Origin: Candidatus Brennerbacteria bacterium
Lineage (GTDB): Bacteria; Patescibacteriota; Minisyncoccia; UBA6257; GWB1-50-10
Direction: 5' to 3'
Length of the DNA: 64,000 nucleotides
Assembly (NCBI GenBank): GCA_016183535.1
Contig: JACPEK010000003.1
Coordinates: 327-64,326, forward strand
Position numbers and translations under genes: made by a program. Position 1 is the first letter of the stretch; each line of letters begins with the position of its first letter. Positions 12,398 to 22,570 of the stretch are shown one piece after another. The notes beneath the pieces were generated by a model that was given only the letters and a program-made list of their open reading frames with translations, had not been told where the DNA came from and did no database searches.

Positions 12398-12964
12398 TTA
12401 TTCTTGATAGTACATCTCGACCTCAAGTTCGACCGCATCGCCCGATCCACCCGTGCCGCCTGGCACATAATGGAATGCTTTCACATTCGCTACGCGGACG
12501 CTCGTTTCGATGAGTTTCACAAACTGTTTCAGATTTTCATAGGAACCCTCCGCTTTAGCTTTCACCTCAAGCACGCGAAGCCGTTTTATCACCGAACCCG
12601 TTTCTTTTTTTGTCGCCGCGACGCTCGGCGTCGCGAAATCCAAACTCGTGATGATCGCTCCGGCGGCGCGCGCCACCGCTTCGATCTGTCGAAGCGCTTG
12701 AATCGCCGAAACGCCGTTCGGAATGGCGCGGCCCACCGTTTCCTCGAGCCGCGACGAGTTTTTGAATTCGGCGATAAGATTTTTTACCTGTGACACCGCT
12801 TGTTCCTGGTCGGCAAAGAGCGCGTCCTTTGACGCGAGGAGCGCGCGCGTATCCCCCACCACCGCCGCCTCGCCGCGAATAAGTCCCGCATACACACCAA
12901 GCGTCCCCGCGAGAAATGCGAGACCGGCAAGGATGGAGAGAATTCGTTTGGTGGAAATGCGCAT
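12398..12964 (-). CDS. pilO: Type IV pilus alignment protein PilO-like
   Basis: N-terminal TM, GSYENLKQFVKLIETSVR motif, position after pilN. Confidence 0.8.
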   Translation of the reverse strand: MRISTKRILSILAGLAFLAGTLGVYAGLIRGEAAVVGDTRALLASKDALFADQEQAVSQVKNLIAEFKNSSRLEETVGRAIPNGVSAIQALRQIEAVARAAGAIITSLDFATPSVAATKKETGSVIKRLRVLEVKAKAEGSYENLKQFVKLIETSVRVANVKAFHYVPGGTGGSGDAVELEVEMYYQE

Positions 12965-13099
12965 CTTTCTTAAAACTCTAATATCTAAACTCCAAACAAG
13001 TTCGAAACCCCAAGTTCAAATGTTTCAAGCGGTTTGGAATTTCGAATTTTAGTCATTGGAGTTTGTTTTGGATTTAGTGGTTAGGATTTGGAATTTTAC

Positions 13100-13690
13100 T
13101 TATAAGAGCGGGCGTGAGAAAAACGCATCCTTGAAAAACACGGTCACGCTGAACGACACGCCTCCTTCCACGCTCACGTCGCGCAGGAGCACCTCTTCCA
13201 CCTCCGGCGCGCTTTCGAACGCCGTAAATTGCTGTCCCGCGGCGTCGATTGATGGCGCGGCACCTTTCACGGTGAGCGCACGATCTTCCACCTGGAGTTC
13301 AGCCTCGGTGTAGCGGATTTCCGGAACCGTATAACGCTCAAGGAATACAAGCGTATTCCCGCCATAGGGATGCCGATCAAGCACGCCTTTCAAATTCACG
13401 ATCTGGGAATAGAAACTCACAAAGCGTTCCTGGTCGTCGGGTGAAATTTCTCCGGTAAGCGAGGCGAGCCGATCATCGACACTCGCAATGCGCCCTTCAA
13501 GGTACGCGGCATATCCGAATTTCAAACCGAAATAGACGAGAATGGAAAGCCCGAAGAGGGCTCCCGAGAACACGAGCAGGCGCCAGGGCCACCCTACCGG
13601 AAGATGCTCGGAAACAAACTGGTCGGCGCCCACGCTTGCCGGCGCGGAACCCATGCCGCCATTACCGTTCATGGAATTTAAATTTATCAT
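13100..13690 (-). CDS. pilN: Type IV pilus alignment protein PilN-like
   Basis: MINL N-terminus, TM, LTVKGAA; follows pilM. Confidence 0.7.
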   Translation of the reverse strand: MINLNSMNGNGGMGSAPASVGADQFVSEHLPVGWPWRLLVFSGALFGLSILVYFGLKFGYAAYLEGRIASVDDRLASLTGEISPDDQERFVSFYSQIVNLKGVLDRHPYGGNTLVFLERYTVPEIRYTEAELQVEDRALTVKGAAPSIDAAGQQFTAFESAPEVEEVLLRDVSVEGGVSFSVTVFFKDAFFSRPLL

Positions 13691-14817
13691 GTTGAAGAAT
13701 CGGGGTACGCCTTGAACGCGAGGCCGAGCGCGAGCGCCAGTTCGTGATTTAGTGTCCGCATCGCTGGCTCAAGCACCGGATCGTACCGCACTGCCGCAAA
13801 TGGTCGCGCCGGTTCATGTGGAATGCCGAACGCCTCGGCAAAATACCGCTCAATACCGAGAAGGTTAGCGCCCCCGCCGGTGAGCGTAAAACGCTCAAGG
13901 GAAACACCGAACGTTTTCTCATAGAGCGTTCTTACCCGCTGGCACTCTCGTATTATAACATCCAAAAAGGGAAGTAGTGAGGTGGACAACTCGTACTCTC
14001 CTTCGCGTACGAGAAGGCCGCGGCGGCGCTTCAACTCCTCCGCACGCGCTTCCGAGATGCCGAGCGCGTGGGCGAGGGCGCGCGTGAGCATGACTGCGCC
14101 GTAGTCCGCCTGGCCCAGCGCCTTCACGCGCCCGCCGTCCGTGATGGTCATACTCGCGGACTCGGCGCCGATATCCACAATCATCGTGCGGCGCGAAACT
14201 GCCCCGGAACGGCCGAGAGGCGCCGCGAGGGCGCGGGCGAGGGCAGTATGCTCGGCCTCAACCGACGAGAGAGATAACCCGACAGCGCGGAACAGTTCGC
14301 GGTAGGTCCGCACCAGTTCGTGAGGCACTGCCGTGAGGAGAATTCGTTGGAATTTTTTTCCCTCCGCGTTTTCATATTCGCCGACCCTTTCCCACTCAAG
14401 CGCCGTTTCTTCAACCGGCATGGGGATGAACGCTTTCGCTTGAAACGCGATGGATTGTTCCGTTTCTTCCTTGGTCATGAGCGGCATTTCAATAGGTACC
14501 GCAAATGACGCAAACGACGGCGCCGAGACGAACACGTGCTTCGCCGCCGGCTTCGTTTCGCGAAGCAATGCGCGGAGAAGCGGCAGGGCGTCGGATACCG
14601 AGAGTTTGAGGGAGCTTGATTGGATGAGCGCGTTCGGACGCCTGAAATACTCTCTCGTCGAGAGCATTCCATAATTCTGAAGAGTGATTGTGTCTCCCTT
14701 CCGCGCAAGCTCCACTAATTTTATCGAGACGGTCCCGATATCCACACCAAGCACGCGCCCGAAAGAGAAAAAATTCTTGATGTCGGTGAAAAAATCTTTG
14801 ATAAAGCGGAAATCCAT
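13687..14817 (-). CDS. pilM: Type IV pilus assembly protein PilM (actin-like)
   Basis: GVDIGTVSIKLVEL, IVDIGA, LTGGGANL. Confidence 0.92.
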   Translation of the reverse strand: MDFRFIKDFFTDIKNFFSFGRVLGVDIGTVSIKLVELARKGDTITLQNYGMLSTREYFRRPNALIQSSSLKLSVSDALPLLRALLRETKPAAKHVFVSAPSFASFAVPIEMPLMTKEETEQSIAFQAKAFIPMPVEETALEWERVGEYENAEGKKFQRILLTAVPHELVRTYRELFRAVGLSLSSVEAEHTALARALAAPLGRSGAVSRRTMIVDIGAESASMTITDGGRVKALGQADYGAVMLTRALAHALGISEARAEELKRRRGLLVREGEYELSTSLLPFLDVIIRECQRVRTLYEKTFGVSLERFTLTGGGANLLGIERYFAEAFGIPHEPARPFAAVRYDPVLEPAMRTLNHELALALGLAFKAYPDSST

Positions 14818-14843
14818 ATCTGTATTCTACTATATATAGTATC

Positions 14844-15587
14844 GTGGCGTCCCACCCCTTTATCCGCGCACTCCTCGACATCCTTTTCCCTCCGCTCTGC
14901 GTCGCCTGCGGCACACATCTCGCGGACGAGCGCGAAACGGTCTGCGCAAATTGTCTCGCGCGCATCCCCCGTTTCGGATGGCGCCTTTGCCCTGTCTGCG
15001 ATGCTCGTATCCCGGACGGGCAGATGGAAACCGTCGGAGAAACACCCGCATGTCACCCCGACGCGCGCTACACGCTTATCGCGGTCACTTCTTACGCCAC
15101 GCCCGAAACGCAAGCACTCGTGAAAGCATTGAAGTACGAGGGGATGCGCCGGGTCGCGCTCACACTCGCGCTCCTCACTGTCGTCGCGACGCGGGATACG
15201 CTCGGGCGGGCACCCATCGCCGGAGCACCATGGCGGATAGTGCCGGTTCCGCTCCACGCGAAACGCGAGCGTGAGCGCGGATTCAACCAAAGCGCACTCT
15301 TCGCGGAGGCACTCCAGCACCACGAGCCGTTCCGCAATGCTACCGTCATCCATGCGCTCCGGAGAACTCGACACACCGAAACGCAAACGGAAAAACCGGA
15401 TTACCATGCGCGTCGCGCCAATGTCGCGGGGTGCTTCGAAATTGCCGATACCGGTGCGATTCGCGGGAGTAACATTCTATTGATAGACGACGTCACAACC
15501 TCCGGCGCCACGCTTGAGGAAGCCGCACGCGTGTTAAAATCCGCCGGCGCGAAAAACATTATTGCCCTTGTCTTCGCGAGAGCCTAA
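14844..15587 (+). CDS. comF: Competence protein ComF (double Zn ribbon + PRTase)
   Basis: LFPPLCVAC...VCANC, PVPLH...RGFNQS, LLIDDVTTSGATL. Confidence 0.93.
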   Translation: MASHPFIRALLDILFPPLCVACGTHLADERETVCANCLARIPRFGWRLCPVCDARIPDGQMETVGETPACHPDARYTLIAVTSYATPETQALVKALKYEGMRRVALTLALLTVVATRDTLGRAPIAGAPWRIVPVPLHAKRERERGFNQSALFAEALQHHEPFRNATVIHALRRTRHTETQTEKPDYHARRANVAGCFEIADTGAIRGSNILLIDDVTTSGATLEEAARVLKSAGAKNIIALVFARA

Positions 15588-15686
15588 GAAAACATTCGCG
15601 TCCGCATGCGTTGTTTTTGATGAACGAAGAAAAACGGTGTATTATTTTTTTGGAAAATTAAAAATAAGAAAATAGAGGAGGTTTTC

Positions 15687-16613
15687 ATGCTTAATAACGA
15701 TGGAGCGCCGCGGAAAGGCGTGATCCTCGAAGAGGCACAAAGCTTAAGGCGCAGAAAAGATCAAATTCGTTCCGATATCCGCGATCTCAAACTAAAACAC
15801 AAAAGTCTCAAAGAGCGGCACCAACCAGAAATCAACCAGCTCTCTGCGGAAGCCGATCGACTCGCGATACAATTCCGCGAGCGATATGAGGAAGCGAGCA
15901 ATGCATACGCCAATGATGAAAAAGCGCGCGCAAAAAGCCTTTCTATGGAAGGGCGCGCGGCACAAGACGCGTGCGAAGCGTTGAACCGCAAAGCAAAGCG
16001 GATGCGCGAGGAACTCGGCGGTATCTTGCGCGACATACAGGAAAAACGACGCGAGTCGGATTCGATACGGGAAAAACTCAACTCGTATGCGGCGATCCTC
16101 ATATCATGCAAACGGCCGCGACTCGAAGGATTCTCAAAAGAAAAGAACCTTGACCTTGCATTGGAAAAATTCCTCGACCGACTGCCGCAAACGGTTCTTC
16201 GAGAAATCGAGGAGGTGAGATTTATCTCCGAAATGCCGATTAGTAAAGAAGGTAATAGGAAACTAGGCGACGCCAATTGGAATCCAAAAACGAAGAAAGC
16301 TCATGTCCGGGTGTATCATCACGCGCCCGAACAAAACCATATCTTGGAAGAAACAATCGCGCACGAGATTGCCCATGAGATTTTCTTCAAATACATCACG
16401 TCTGAAGAAAAACGCGAATGGGAAAAGCTCTATCTTGCTACCGGCGATTGGTTTACTTCCAAAAGGGCTATACGAAGTCATGAGGAAGATTTTTGCGAAT
16501 GTTTCGCAAAATTTTTTCTTGACGCTTCCTTCCTTGAAAAAGGTGATTTTCGGAAGTATGCTTTCATTAAATTGATCACTAAACGACTAGAGGACCAATA
16601 TGAAAAAACTTAA
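15687..16613 (+). CDS. Coiled-coil + zincin metallopeptidase-like protein
   Basis: Long charged helical N-terminus; C-terminal AHEIAHE and HEEDFCECF; RBS gaggagg. Confidence 0.7.
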   Translation: MLNNDGAPRKGVILEEAQSLRRRKDQIRSDIRDLKLKHKSLKERHQPEINQLSAEADRLAIQFRERYEEASNAYANDEKARAKSLSMEGRAAQDACEALNRKAKRMREELGGILRDIQEKRRESDSIREKLNSYAAILISCKRPRLEGFSKEKNLDLALEKFLDRLPQTVLREIEEVRFISEMPISKEGNRKLGDANWNPKTKKAHVRVYHHAPEQNHILEETIAHEIAHEIFFKYITSEEKREWEKLYLATGDWFTSKRAIRSHEEDFCECFAKFFLDASFLEKGDFRKYAFIKLITKRLEDQYEKT

Positions 16614-16920
16614 GCTTCTCGGAATTAAAAAGGGACTGTTTGATATCCGCATTAAGAAAACGGTAGCAATCATCTATGTGGAAAATGGACGCGTGGTGAT
16701 TGAGTCGAAGCTGTCTTCCCTCCTCGCGCTTCGGGATAGAATTCAAAAGATCGGAGACGAGGACGGATTCGTACTTTGGCATACGCGCGAATATGGGGAA
16801 CGGCCGCGCAAAATAAATGATCCCGACTTCCTCGAAGCTCTGGCAAGCGGCGACTTTCTTTACCGAGAATTCGACGGTTGGAGTATAGGCGCAACGAGAG
16901 ACCAAATCACGGAAGAATAA
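16600..16920 (+). CDS. Hypothetical protein coupled to upstream peptidase
   Basis: Overlaps upstream stop, RBS gagga, followed by hairpin. Confidence 0.65.
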   Translation: MKKLKLLGIKKGLFDIRIKKTVAIIYVENGRVVIESKLSSLLALRDRIQKIGDEDGFVLWHTREYGERPRKINDPDFLEALASGDFLYREFDGWSIGATRDQITEE

Positions 16921-16924
16921 CACT

Positions 16925-16958
16925 CGGGACAACGAAAATGTTGTCCCGTTTTTATTTT
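16925..16958. terminator. Hairpin between convergent genes
   Basis: cgggacaac-gaaaat-gttgtcccg followed by T-tract. Confidence 0.65.
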
Positions 16959-16992
16959 TGAGGCAACGATCCTCCTACGCGACGGTATAAAT

Positions 16993-19728
16993 TTACCTCG
17001 GCGTCTCTTCGAAGAACTGGCGCGAGGTGCCGACGTCGCGGCACTGATTGTTGTTCACGCACTGCGCCTCGGACGCGCGCCCGTTTTGAGCGGGTATCTT
17101 GTAGTTTTCTTTCTGCCCGCAAAAGCTGTTCTTGAGGCAGACGTTCACCTTCGCGGCTCCCTCCCGCACGGCACCCGCGGGGAGTGTTTTCCCCGCTCCT
17201 TCTTCGGCGGCATAGGGAGTACAATCGTTCGCGCTGTAGCACGCCCGCACGCGGTAGAGGTATGCCGTATCCGGCTCAAGTCCGATATCTTCCAATACGG
17301 AATTGTTGAGTTCAGAGCCTCCGCGCTGGAACTGTTTGAAATAAACCTCGAGTTTTTCTTTCTCGAGCGTCACGCCGTCCACCGGCGGATATTCGATGGC
17401 GGCGAACGCGGCGTTGAGCCACGTTTTTACGCGGCCCCACGCGCGCTCCGCAAATCCAAGAGTCGCGGCGGCGAATTCGCGCGCGCCGCCCACCGCCGTT
17501 TCGATTGTCTCACGCAGGTTCGCCGTAAATTTCCCGGCGGGTTCAAGTAACGTTCCCGTCTGCGTGAAGTACACGCGATACTCGAGCCACCCGCCTTGCT
17601 CGCCAACAAAGCCGGTGCCGGTTGTCGTGAGTCCCTCGGACGGCCGCCCCTGCGAACCCGACGAGTTGTCCCATTCTATTTTTTGAAACGCGGTGCCGGG
17701 GGACGGCGTACCGCCGACATAGGAAAATGTGAATCGCTGATCCGACCCTGTCGGATAGTCGGCGAGTTTAGTGAAAGGCACCGCCGTAACACCCGAAACG
17801 ACCGTAGTCCGTCCGGAATCAAGGAGCGAGAAATCAATGTTGCCGGAAGTTTCGACTCCGTTTACAAACGCCTTCACGCGCAGGGTTTCGTTCACAACCG
17901 AGGTCGGCGTGAAGAGCGCGCTCACGTCCGCGTTCGCGGTAAGCGTCCAGGCGCAAGTCGCGCTCGTCGAATTGTTGCACGGCCCGCTCGTCCACCGCGT
18001 GAAAGCGTATCCCGCGGCGGGTGTTGCGGTGAGCGTAACGGGAGTGGCGTATTCGAAGGAGCACGTCCGGCCGCTCGAACAATCTCCGCTTATTGTGCCG
18101 CCCGTGGGCGAAGCCACCGCCACTTCCGGATCCGTGGTCGCGTTCCCCGTTGCGGCGGCTTTCGAGGTGGTGCGTCCCCACGGTCCGTCGCGAAAACTCC
18201 GAACTGAAACCGCATACTCGGTACCCGCCTGAAGACCGGTGACGCTGAACGTAGAAACGAACGAGTACCCTTGGGTATTCGACGCCGCGCCATTCTTCGG
18301 CGCCTCGCAGGCGCCCGTGGCGCAGTTCCCCGCGCCCGGCGCGGGCGCGACCGTCACCGCGAAACCGTCTTCGCGCCGCGAGTAATCCCTCCACTGAATC
18401 GAGAGTTTATTGTTGTCCACCGTCACAAATCGCATATCGGACGGCGCGGCGGGCAGGGTCGAGGTACCAACATAGCCGATGTCGCCATATTTCCCGCACG
18501 CCTCGGCGGGTATGTCGTTCTGCCCCGCGGTCGGCGCTGCGCGCGTGTAGTCCGCCCTAATGAGCGAGCATCCGCGCGCGCGGTAATAGTAATCGGTGCC
18601 TTCGCGGAGGCCGTCATCAATTTTTTCGTACGAGGTTTTCGTCTTCGCCCAATCCGCGTCGTCCGCAAACGCGAAGGGACGCAGAGTAAACGACGGGTCG
18701 CACAGCGTGGTATTCACATATTTGCATTCCTGGCTGTTGTCCTTGCGATCGGCGAAGGGGTTGCTCGAGGTGCTCCGCTCGAACGCGTGGTAGTAGGGAC
18801 CCTTCAGTTGCTTTCGCGCCCCGTTCGCGTCCGCGTTCGTGAAGTTTTTCCATGAGAGTTTGATCTCGGTGTCACTCACGGTAACGACACCCGCCACATC
18901 GGTGGAGGGGAAGACGGGTTTCTCCGGCGTGAGCTTGATGCGCTGGAGCTCGAAAGTGTGGGGCTTCACCGCGTTATCCTTCCAGTTCACAAGGAGCGAG
19001 GAGGGCGAGAGCGCCCATGCGTAGAGCTTCGACGGCGTGTCGGGAGAAGTGGCGAGCGTTTTACAAGATACGTTGGGTGTACTCGTTGAAACATTCCCCA
19101 CCGTCCACGCAAGGAAATAGATATGCTCCTCGCCTTTTTCAAAATCGCCGCCGTCTTCGTACGAGCCACTGCCGGTCGGGAGAGGCGGCGGGGGCGCGAT
19201 CTTTTTATTGTCGCGGAAAAGTGTGAGCGTGTGCGGTTTCGTCACGTTCCCGTTCCAGTTGACGGTGAGTTTTGACTCGGTCGAAATACCGCACTTGAGA
19301 TAGTATTCCTCCGCAACGGCCGGCCCACCCTTCTCCGTTTTCACGATCACGATATTCGAATCCTCGGACATAATAGATACGTCGAGATTGCCCGTCTGTG
19401 TCTCCCCCGCCTTCGCAGTCTGGAGCTGGTACTTGTAAACGCCACTCTCGAACGGCTGGCCGCCGTTCGTGTCGAGGAATGATTTGTCGCCGGCAGTGCG
19501 GTCAAGATTTGGATTTAGAACCCTAGGCTCCGTTCCTGGTCCGCTGACTTTCCTTAACGTCTGCTGGCTATAGCCCTCGACATTCTGCCACTTCAGTTCG
19601 ATAACATTCTGATCCGGCTTGTAGCCACCGCTGAAATCTTTGGGCCAATTCGTCGCCGCGAACCCGCTCGCGGGAAAGATAAGGGAGAGAATCGCAAGGG
19701 CAGAGAACAAGGAGCTGACGCGTTTCAT
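16993..19728 (-). CDS. Large secreted surface protein with fibronectin type III repeats and an InlB-B-like repeat
   Basis: Signal peptide; repeated GLxxGTxYxYRVRA FN3 motifs; VTLTATPAAGYAFTRW repeat; Cys-rich segments. Confidence 0.8.
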   Translation of the reverse strand: MKRVSSLFSALAILSLIFPASGFAATNWPKDFSGGYKPDQNVIELKWQNVEGYSQQTLRKVSGPGTEPRVLNPNLDRTAGDKSFLDTNGGQPFESGVYKYQLQTAKAGETQTGNLDVSIMSEDSNIVIVKTEKGGPAVAEEYYLKCGISTESKLTVNWNGNVTKPHTLTLFRDNKKIAPPPPLPTGSGSYEDGGDFEKGEEHIYFLAWTVGNVSTSTPNVSCKTLATSPDTPSKLYAWALSPSSLLVNWKDNAVKPHTFELQRIKLTPEKPVFPSTDVAGVVTVSDTEIKLSWKNFTNADANGARKQLKGPYYHAFERSTSSNPFADRKDNSQECKYVNTTLCDPSFTLRPFAFADDADWAKTKTSYEKIDDGLREGTDYYYRARGCSLIRADYTRAAPTAGQNDIPAEACGKYGDIGYVGTSTLPAAPSDMRFVTVDNNKLSIQWRDYSRREDGFAVTVAPAPGAGNCATGACEAPKNGAASNTQGYSFVSTFSVTGLQAGTEYAVSVRSFRDGPWGRTTSKAAATGNATTDPEVAVASPTGGTISGDCSSGRTCSFEYATPVTLTATPAAGYAFTRWTSGPCNNSTSATCAWTLTANADVSALFTPTSVVNETLRVKAFVNGVETSGNIDFSLLDSGRTTVVSGVTAVPFTKLADYPTGSDQRFTFSYVGGTPSPGTAFQKIEWDNSSGSQGRPSEGLTTTGTGFVGEQGGWLEYRVYFTQTGTLLEPAGKFTANLRETIETAVGGAREFAAATLGFAERAWGRVKTWLNAAFAAIEYPPVDGVTLEKEKLEVYFKQFQRGGSELNNSVLEDIGLEPDTAYLYRVRACYSANDCTPYAAEEGAGKTLPAGAVREGAAKVNVCLKNSFCGQKENYKIPAQNGRASEAQCVNNNQCRDVGTSRQFFEETPR
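19352..19517. repeat. 166-bp direct repeat, copy A (inside FN3 gene 5' region)
   Basis: atattcgaatcctcggacataatagatacgtcgag...gtcaagatttggattta, co-linear with 32089-32254. Confidence 0.9.
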
Positions 19729-19865
19729 TGTTTCAATTATATCAAATTGGCTTCCTTGCTTGCTTTTTGGTACTCCGCTTATCCACCCTTTTTCATTGAC
19801 TTTTTCATAGTTTTCATGTATAATTGAGGGCAGAAATAATTAATAATCATTAAAGGAGATTAGCC

Positions 19866-21164
19866 ATGAAACGGATATGGATGTATCTAGCAATGGCGTT
19901 GGTCATTGCGACTGCGTCCATTCCGAATGCGGGATGGGCGCAGGCGGTGTCGGCGGACATCACCATCAGTCGAAACCTTCTGCCGGACAGTTTAAGAAAT
20001 TATATTTATTCTCTCTGGGTAGACGGGAACGGTGATATTTTCACGACGATGCCATGGAAGGCGTTGCTCCGTTCGACGGATGACGGGGTGACGTGGAAGC
20101 AGATCTTCAAGAGAGATTTTCTCTCTAATTTCGGGTTTGCGGTCATGCGCGATCAGAAAACCAATGCACTCCTCTTTGGAAACGGGGGGGGGTTGTACCG
20201 GTCAAGCGACGATGGCGCAAGCTGGACCTTTGTATGGGAAAAGGGAGCGGGATGTTTCCTTGTGAAGCCAGACGGCTCTATTCTCGCCGGCACCGGTAAA
20301 CATATCGGCCATTCCGAAGATGGAGGCGTGTCGTGGAAAACGGTACTCTACCGCGACGACCACTATTTCAACGTGGAAGCGCTCGCGATGAGTCCAAAGA
20401 CGGGTTCTCTCTTTGCGGGCACCGCGGACACTATCGGTTTGGGCGTGCTCCGCTCAACTGATGATGGCACAACGTGGCACCAGTCGAACAGCGGTCTTGG
20501 GGATCTTCATGTGTGGGCGCTCGCCACGGACAATAACGGAACCATTTACGCGGGGGTCGAGAGAAAAGGTCTTTACCGTTCCACTGACGATGGAGTCACG
20601 TGGGAGAAAGTACCAGGATTCAACGCTTCACCGAGAAACGCCATCGCAATTCTCGTGCTGAAGCCCGATCTTATCTGCGTCGGTTTTGGCTGGAAGGGTG
20701 GCGGCGATCCCGTGGGAAAGGGTGGCGGCTTCAAATATGACGGCAAGGCGTGGACGCAATTTATTGCGGACTCCATAGATGTAACCTCGTTCGCAGTGAA
20801 GGGCAAATCGCTCCTTGTCGGCTCGTTAGACGCTATCTACCGCGTGGACGGGGCGATCGATACGCCGGTGTCCGTGGAAGAGGAACCTGATGTAATCCCC
20901 TCCTCGTTCGTTCTGCATCAGAACTTCCCCAATCCCTTCAATCCGAGTACCACGATAACCTTCTCGCTTCCCGATCGAAGCCATGTACGCCTCGCGGTGT
21001 GGAACGTGATCGGCGAGGAAGTCGCAACGTTGGTCGAGGAAGAACGGTCGGCTGGGATCCATCGGATTGTTTGGAACGCCAAGGGTCTCCCGAGCGGTAT
21101 TTATCTATACCGGATGCAAACAGAAACATCAGTACAGGCAAAGCGGATGATGCTGCTGAAATGA
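19866..21164 (+). CDS. Secreted BNR/Asp-box beta-propeller protein with T9SS type-A sorting domain (CTD copy 1, intact)
   Basis: Signal peptide; five SxDxGxTW-type Asp-boxes; C-terminal QNFPNPFNPSTTITF...LPSGIYLYRM...KRMMLLK (TIGR04183-like); RBS aaggag. Confidence 0.88.
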   Translation: MKRIWMYLAMALVIATASIPNAGWAQAVSADITISRNLLPDSLRNYIYSLWVDGNGDIFTTMPWKALLRSTDDGVTWKQIFKRDFLSNFGFAVMRDQKTNALLFGNGGGLYRSSDDGASWTFVWEKGAGCFLVKPDGSILAGTGKHIGHSEDGGVSWKTVLYRDDHYFNVEALAMSPKTGSLFAGTADTIGLGVLRSTDDGTTWHQSNSGLGDLHVWALATDNNGTIYAGVERKGLYRSTDDGVTWEKVPGFNASPRNAIAILVLKPDLICVGFGWKGGGDPVGKGGGFKYDGKAWTQFIADSIDVTSFAVKGKSLLVGSLDAIYRVDGAIDTPVSVEEEPDVIPSSFVLHQNFPNPFNPSTTITFSLPDRSHVRLAVWNVIGEEVATLVEEERSAGIHRIVWNAKGLPSGIYLYRMQTETSVQAKRMMLLK

Positions 21165-21169
21165 TATTC

Positions 21170-21201
21170 AAAGGGCTTGATACATAAGTATCAAGCCCTT
21201 T
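21170..21201 (+). terminator. Intrinsic terminator after CTD copy 1
   Basis: aaagggcttgatac-ataa-gtatcaagcccttt. Confidence 0.85.
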
Positions 21202-21312
21202 TGCTTTTCTAATTCGTTGGTTTCAAAGTAATAAGCCATATTATTAAATTTTACATTTCCCAAACTTCATGATAAAACATTCTTAGAATCTAAATAATTT
21301 AAGGAGAAAACA

Positions 21313-21819
21313 ATGAAACCATTACTGATTCTTATCTATGGTCCTAACGGCGCCGGTAAAACTACCCTAGCTAGAGCTCTTGCCACAAAATATCGCGGGC
21401 TTCAAATCCAGATCGATACATTCTCAAGTATGGCCCGAGGTAGGTTTTGGCATACACGCCAGAATAATAAAGACAAAATGGTGCTTGTGCTGGGAGTTTT
21501 GGATGCCGCAATGAAAAGTACGAGTCACCGGCGGTTTTTCCTTGAGGGGGTATTAATTTATCCATTTATGTTCAAACTACTCGAGGCCTGGTGTAAGAAA
21601 AATTTCGTGAAGTTTGTTCCAATTTATCTGACCGGAAATCTTGTTGATCTCGATTTCAGAATCAGACACCGGAAAATCTTGAAGAAAAATTGGAATGAGC
21701 ACCTCCCAGAATTTTTCGAGAACTTTCATTATAAGAAAGCTCGAAAAATATCTAGCTCAGGCAAGACATCTCAAGTTGTATTGAAAGAAATTCAAGCAGT
21801 AATTGGAGAAAGGGGGTAG
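21313..21819 (+). CDS. P-loop nucleotide/small-molecule kinase (AAA_33-like)
   Basis: LILIYGPNGAGKTTLARAL; AT-rich. Confidence 0.8.
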   Translation: MKPLLILIYGPNGAGKTTLARALATKYRGLQIQIDTFSSMARGRFWHTRQNNKDKMVLVLGVLDAAMKSTSHRRFFLEGVLIYPFMFKLLEAWCKKNFVKFVPIYLTGNLVDLDFRIRHRKILKKNWNEHLPEFFENFHYKKARKISSSGKTSQVVLKEIQAVIGERG

Positions 21820-21822
21820 GCC

Positions 21823-22257
21823 GTGGAATATTCTATGAGCATTCTTAAGCCAGATTGCATCGAGAGAAACATGGAGGGCACCGTGCGAAGAATGTTAACC
21901 GAACACGGCTTCCTCGTTCTCTTAGAAAAGAGGACTAGACTTTCGTTGGACGATGTATCGTTTATCTATGAGAGATGTGTCGGCGAAGATTTTTTTAAGG
22001 ATTTTGCGGCATTTCTCACGTCTGGCGACGTAGTCGTGTTGGTTCTTTCAAATCCTACGTCCAAAAACGTGATAAAAGATTTGAATAGCCTTGTTGGTCA
22101 TACTAATCCTCAGCTTGCAAAAGACTATACCATCAGAAAGCTTGGAGAAAGCGTTCGCCGGAACCTCGTCCACTCATCAGCAGATCCCCCATCTTTTTGG
22201 AGAGAAGCTTCACGGATGTTTTCTGAGAAGGAGATGTGCGATGCGGGTCTTGAATAA
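21823..22257 (+). CDS. ndk: Nucleoside-diphosphate kinase
   Basis: ILKPD, FLTSGDVV, GHTNP, RNLVHSS (phospho-His motif). Confidence 0.88.
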   Translation: MEYSMSILKPDCIERNMEGTVRRMLTEHGFLVLLEKRTRLSLDDVSFIYERCVGEDFFKDFAAFLTSGDVVVLVLSNPTSKNVIKDLNSLVGHTNPQLAKDYTIRKLGESVRRNLVHSSADPPSFWREASRMFSEKEMCDAGLE

Positions 22258-22291
22258 AAATTCTTGACCCGCTTTTGTTATAATTTTCCAT

Positions 22292-22570
22292 ATGGATCTA
22301 GAAAGATTTGAAAAAGATTTTCAGAAAAAGTTGAAAAGTTATCCGAAAGTGTGGGGTAAAGAGGAACGTATCCTTCACCTCGTGGAGGAGATTGGAGAAT
22401 TTGCTGAAATCACTCTCCAATATAACGGAAGGAAGGAGCCAAAAAGGAACCTTACTGATGTTAAAATTGCCCTTGCCGACGTTCTTGAAGATGTCCTCGC
22501 CCTTTCAGTCCTCTATGATTTAAAGTTTGAAAAGCTTCTAGAGGAGATTATTAATGAAAAAAATAACTAG
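22292..22570 (+). CDS. MazG-like NTP pyrophosphohydrolase
   Basis: HLVEEIGEFAE...ALADVL all-alpha motif. Confidence 0.8.
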   Translation: MDLERFEKDFQKKLKSYPKVWGKEERILHLVEEIGEFAEITLQYNGRKEPKRNLTDVKIALADVLEDVLALSVLYDLKFEKLLEEIINEKNN

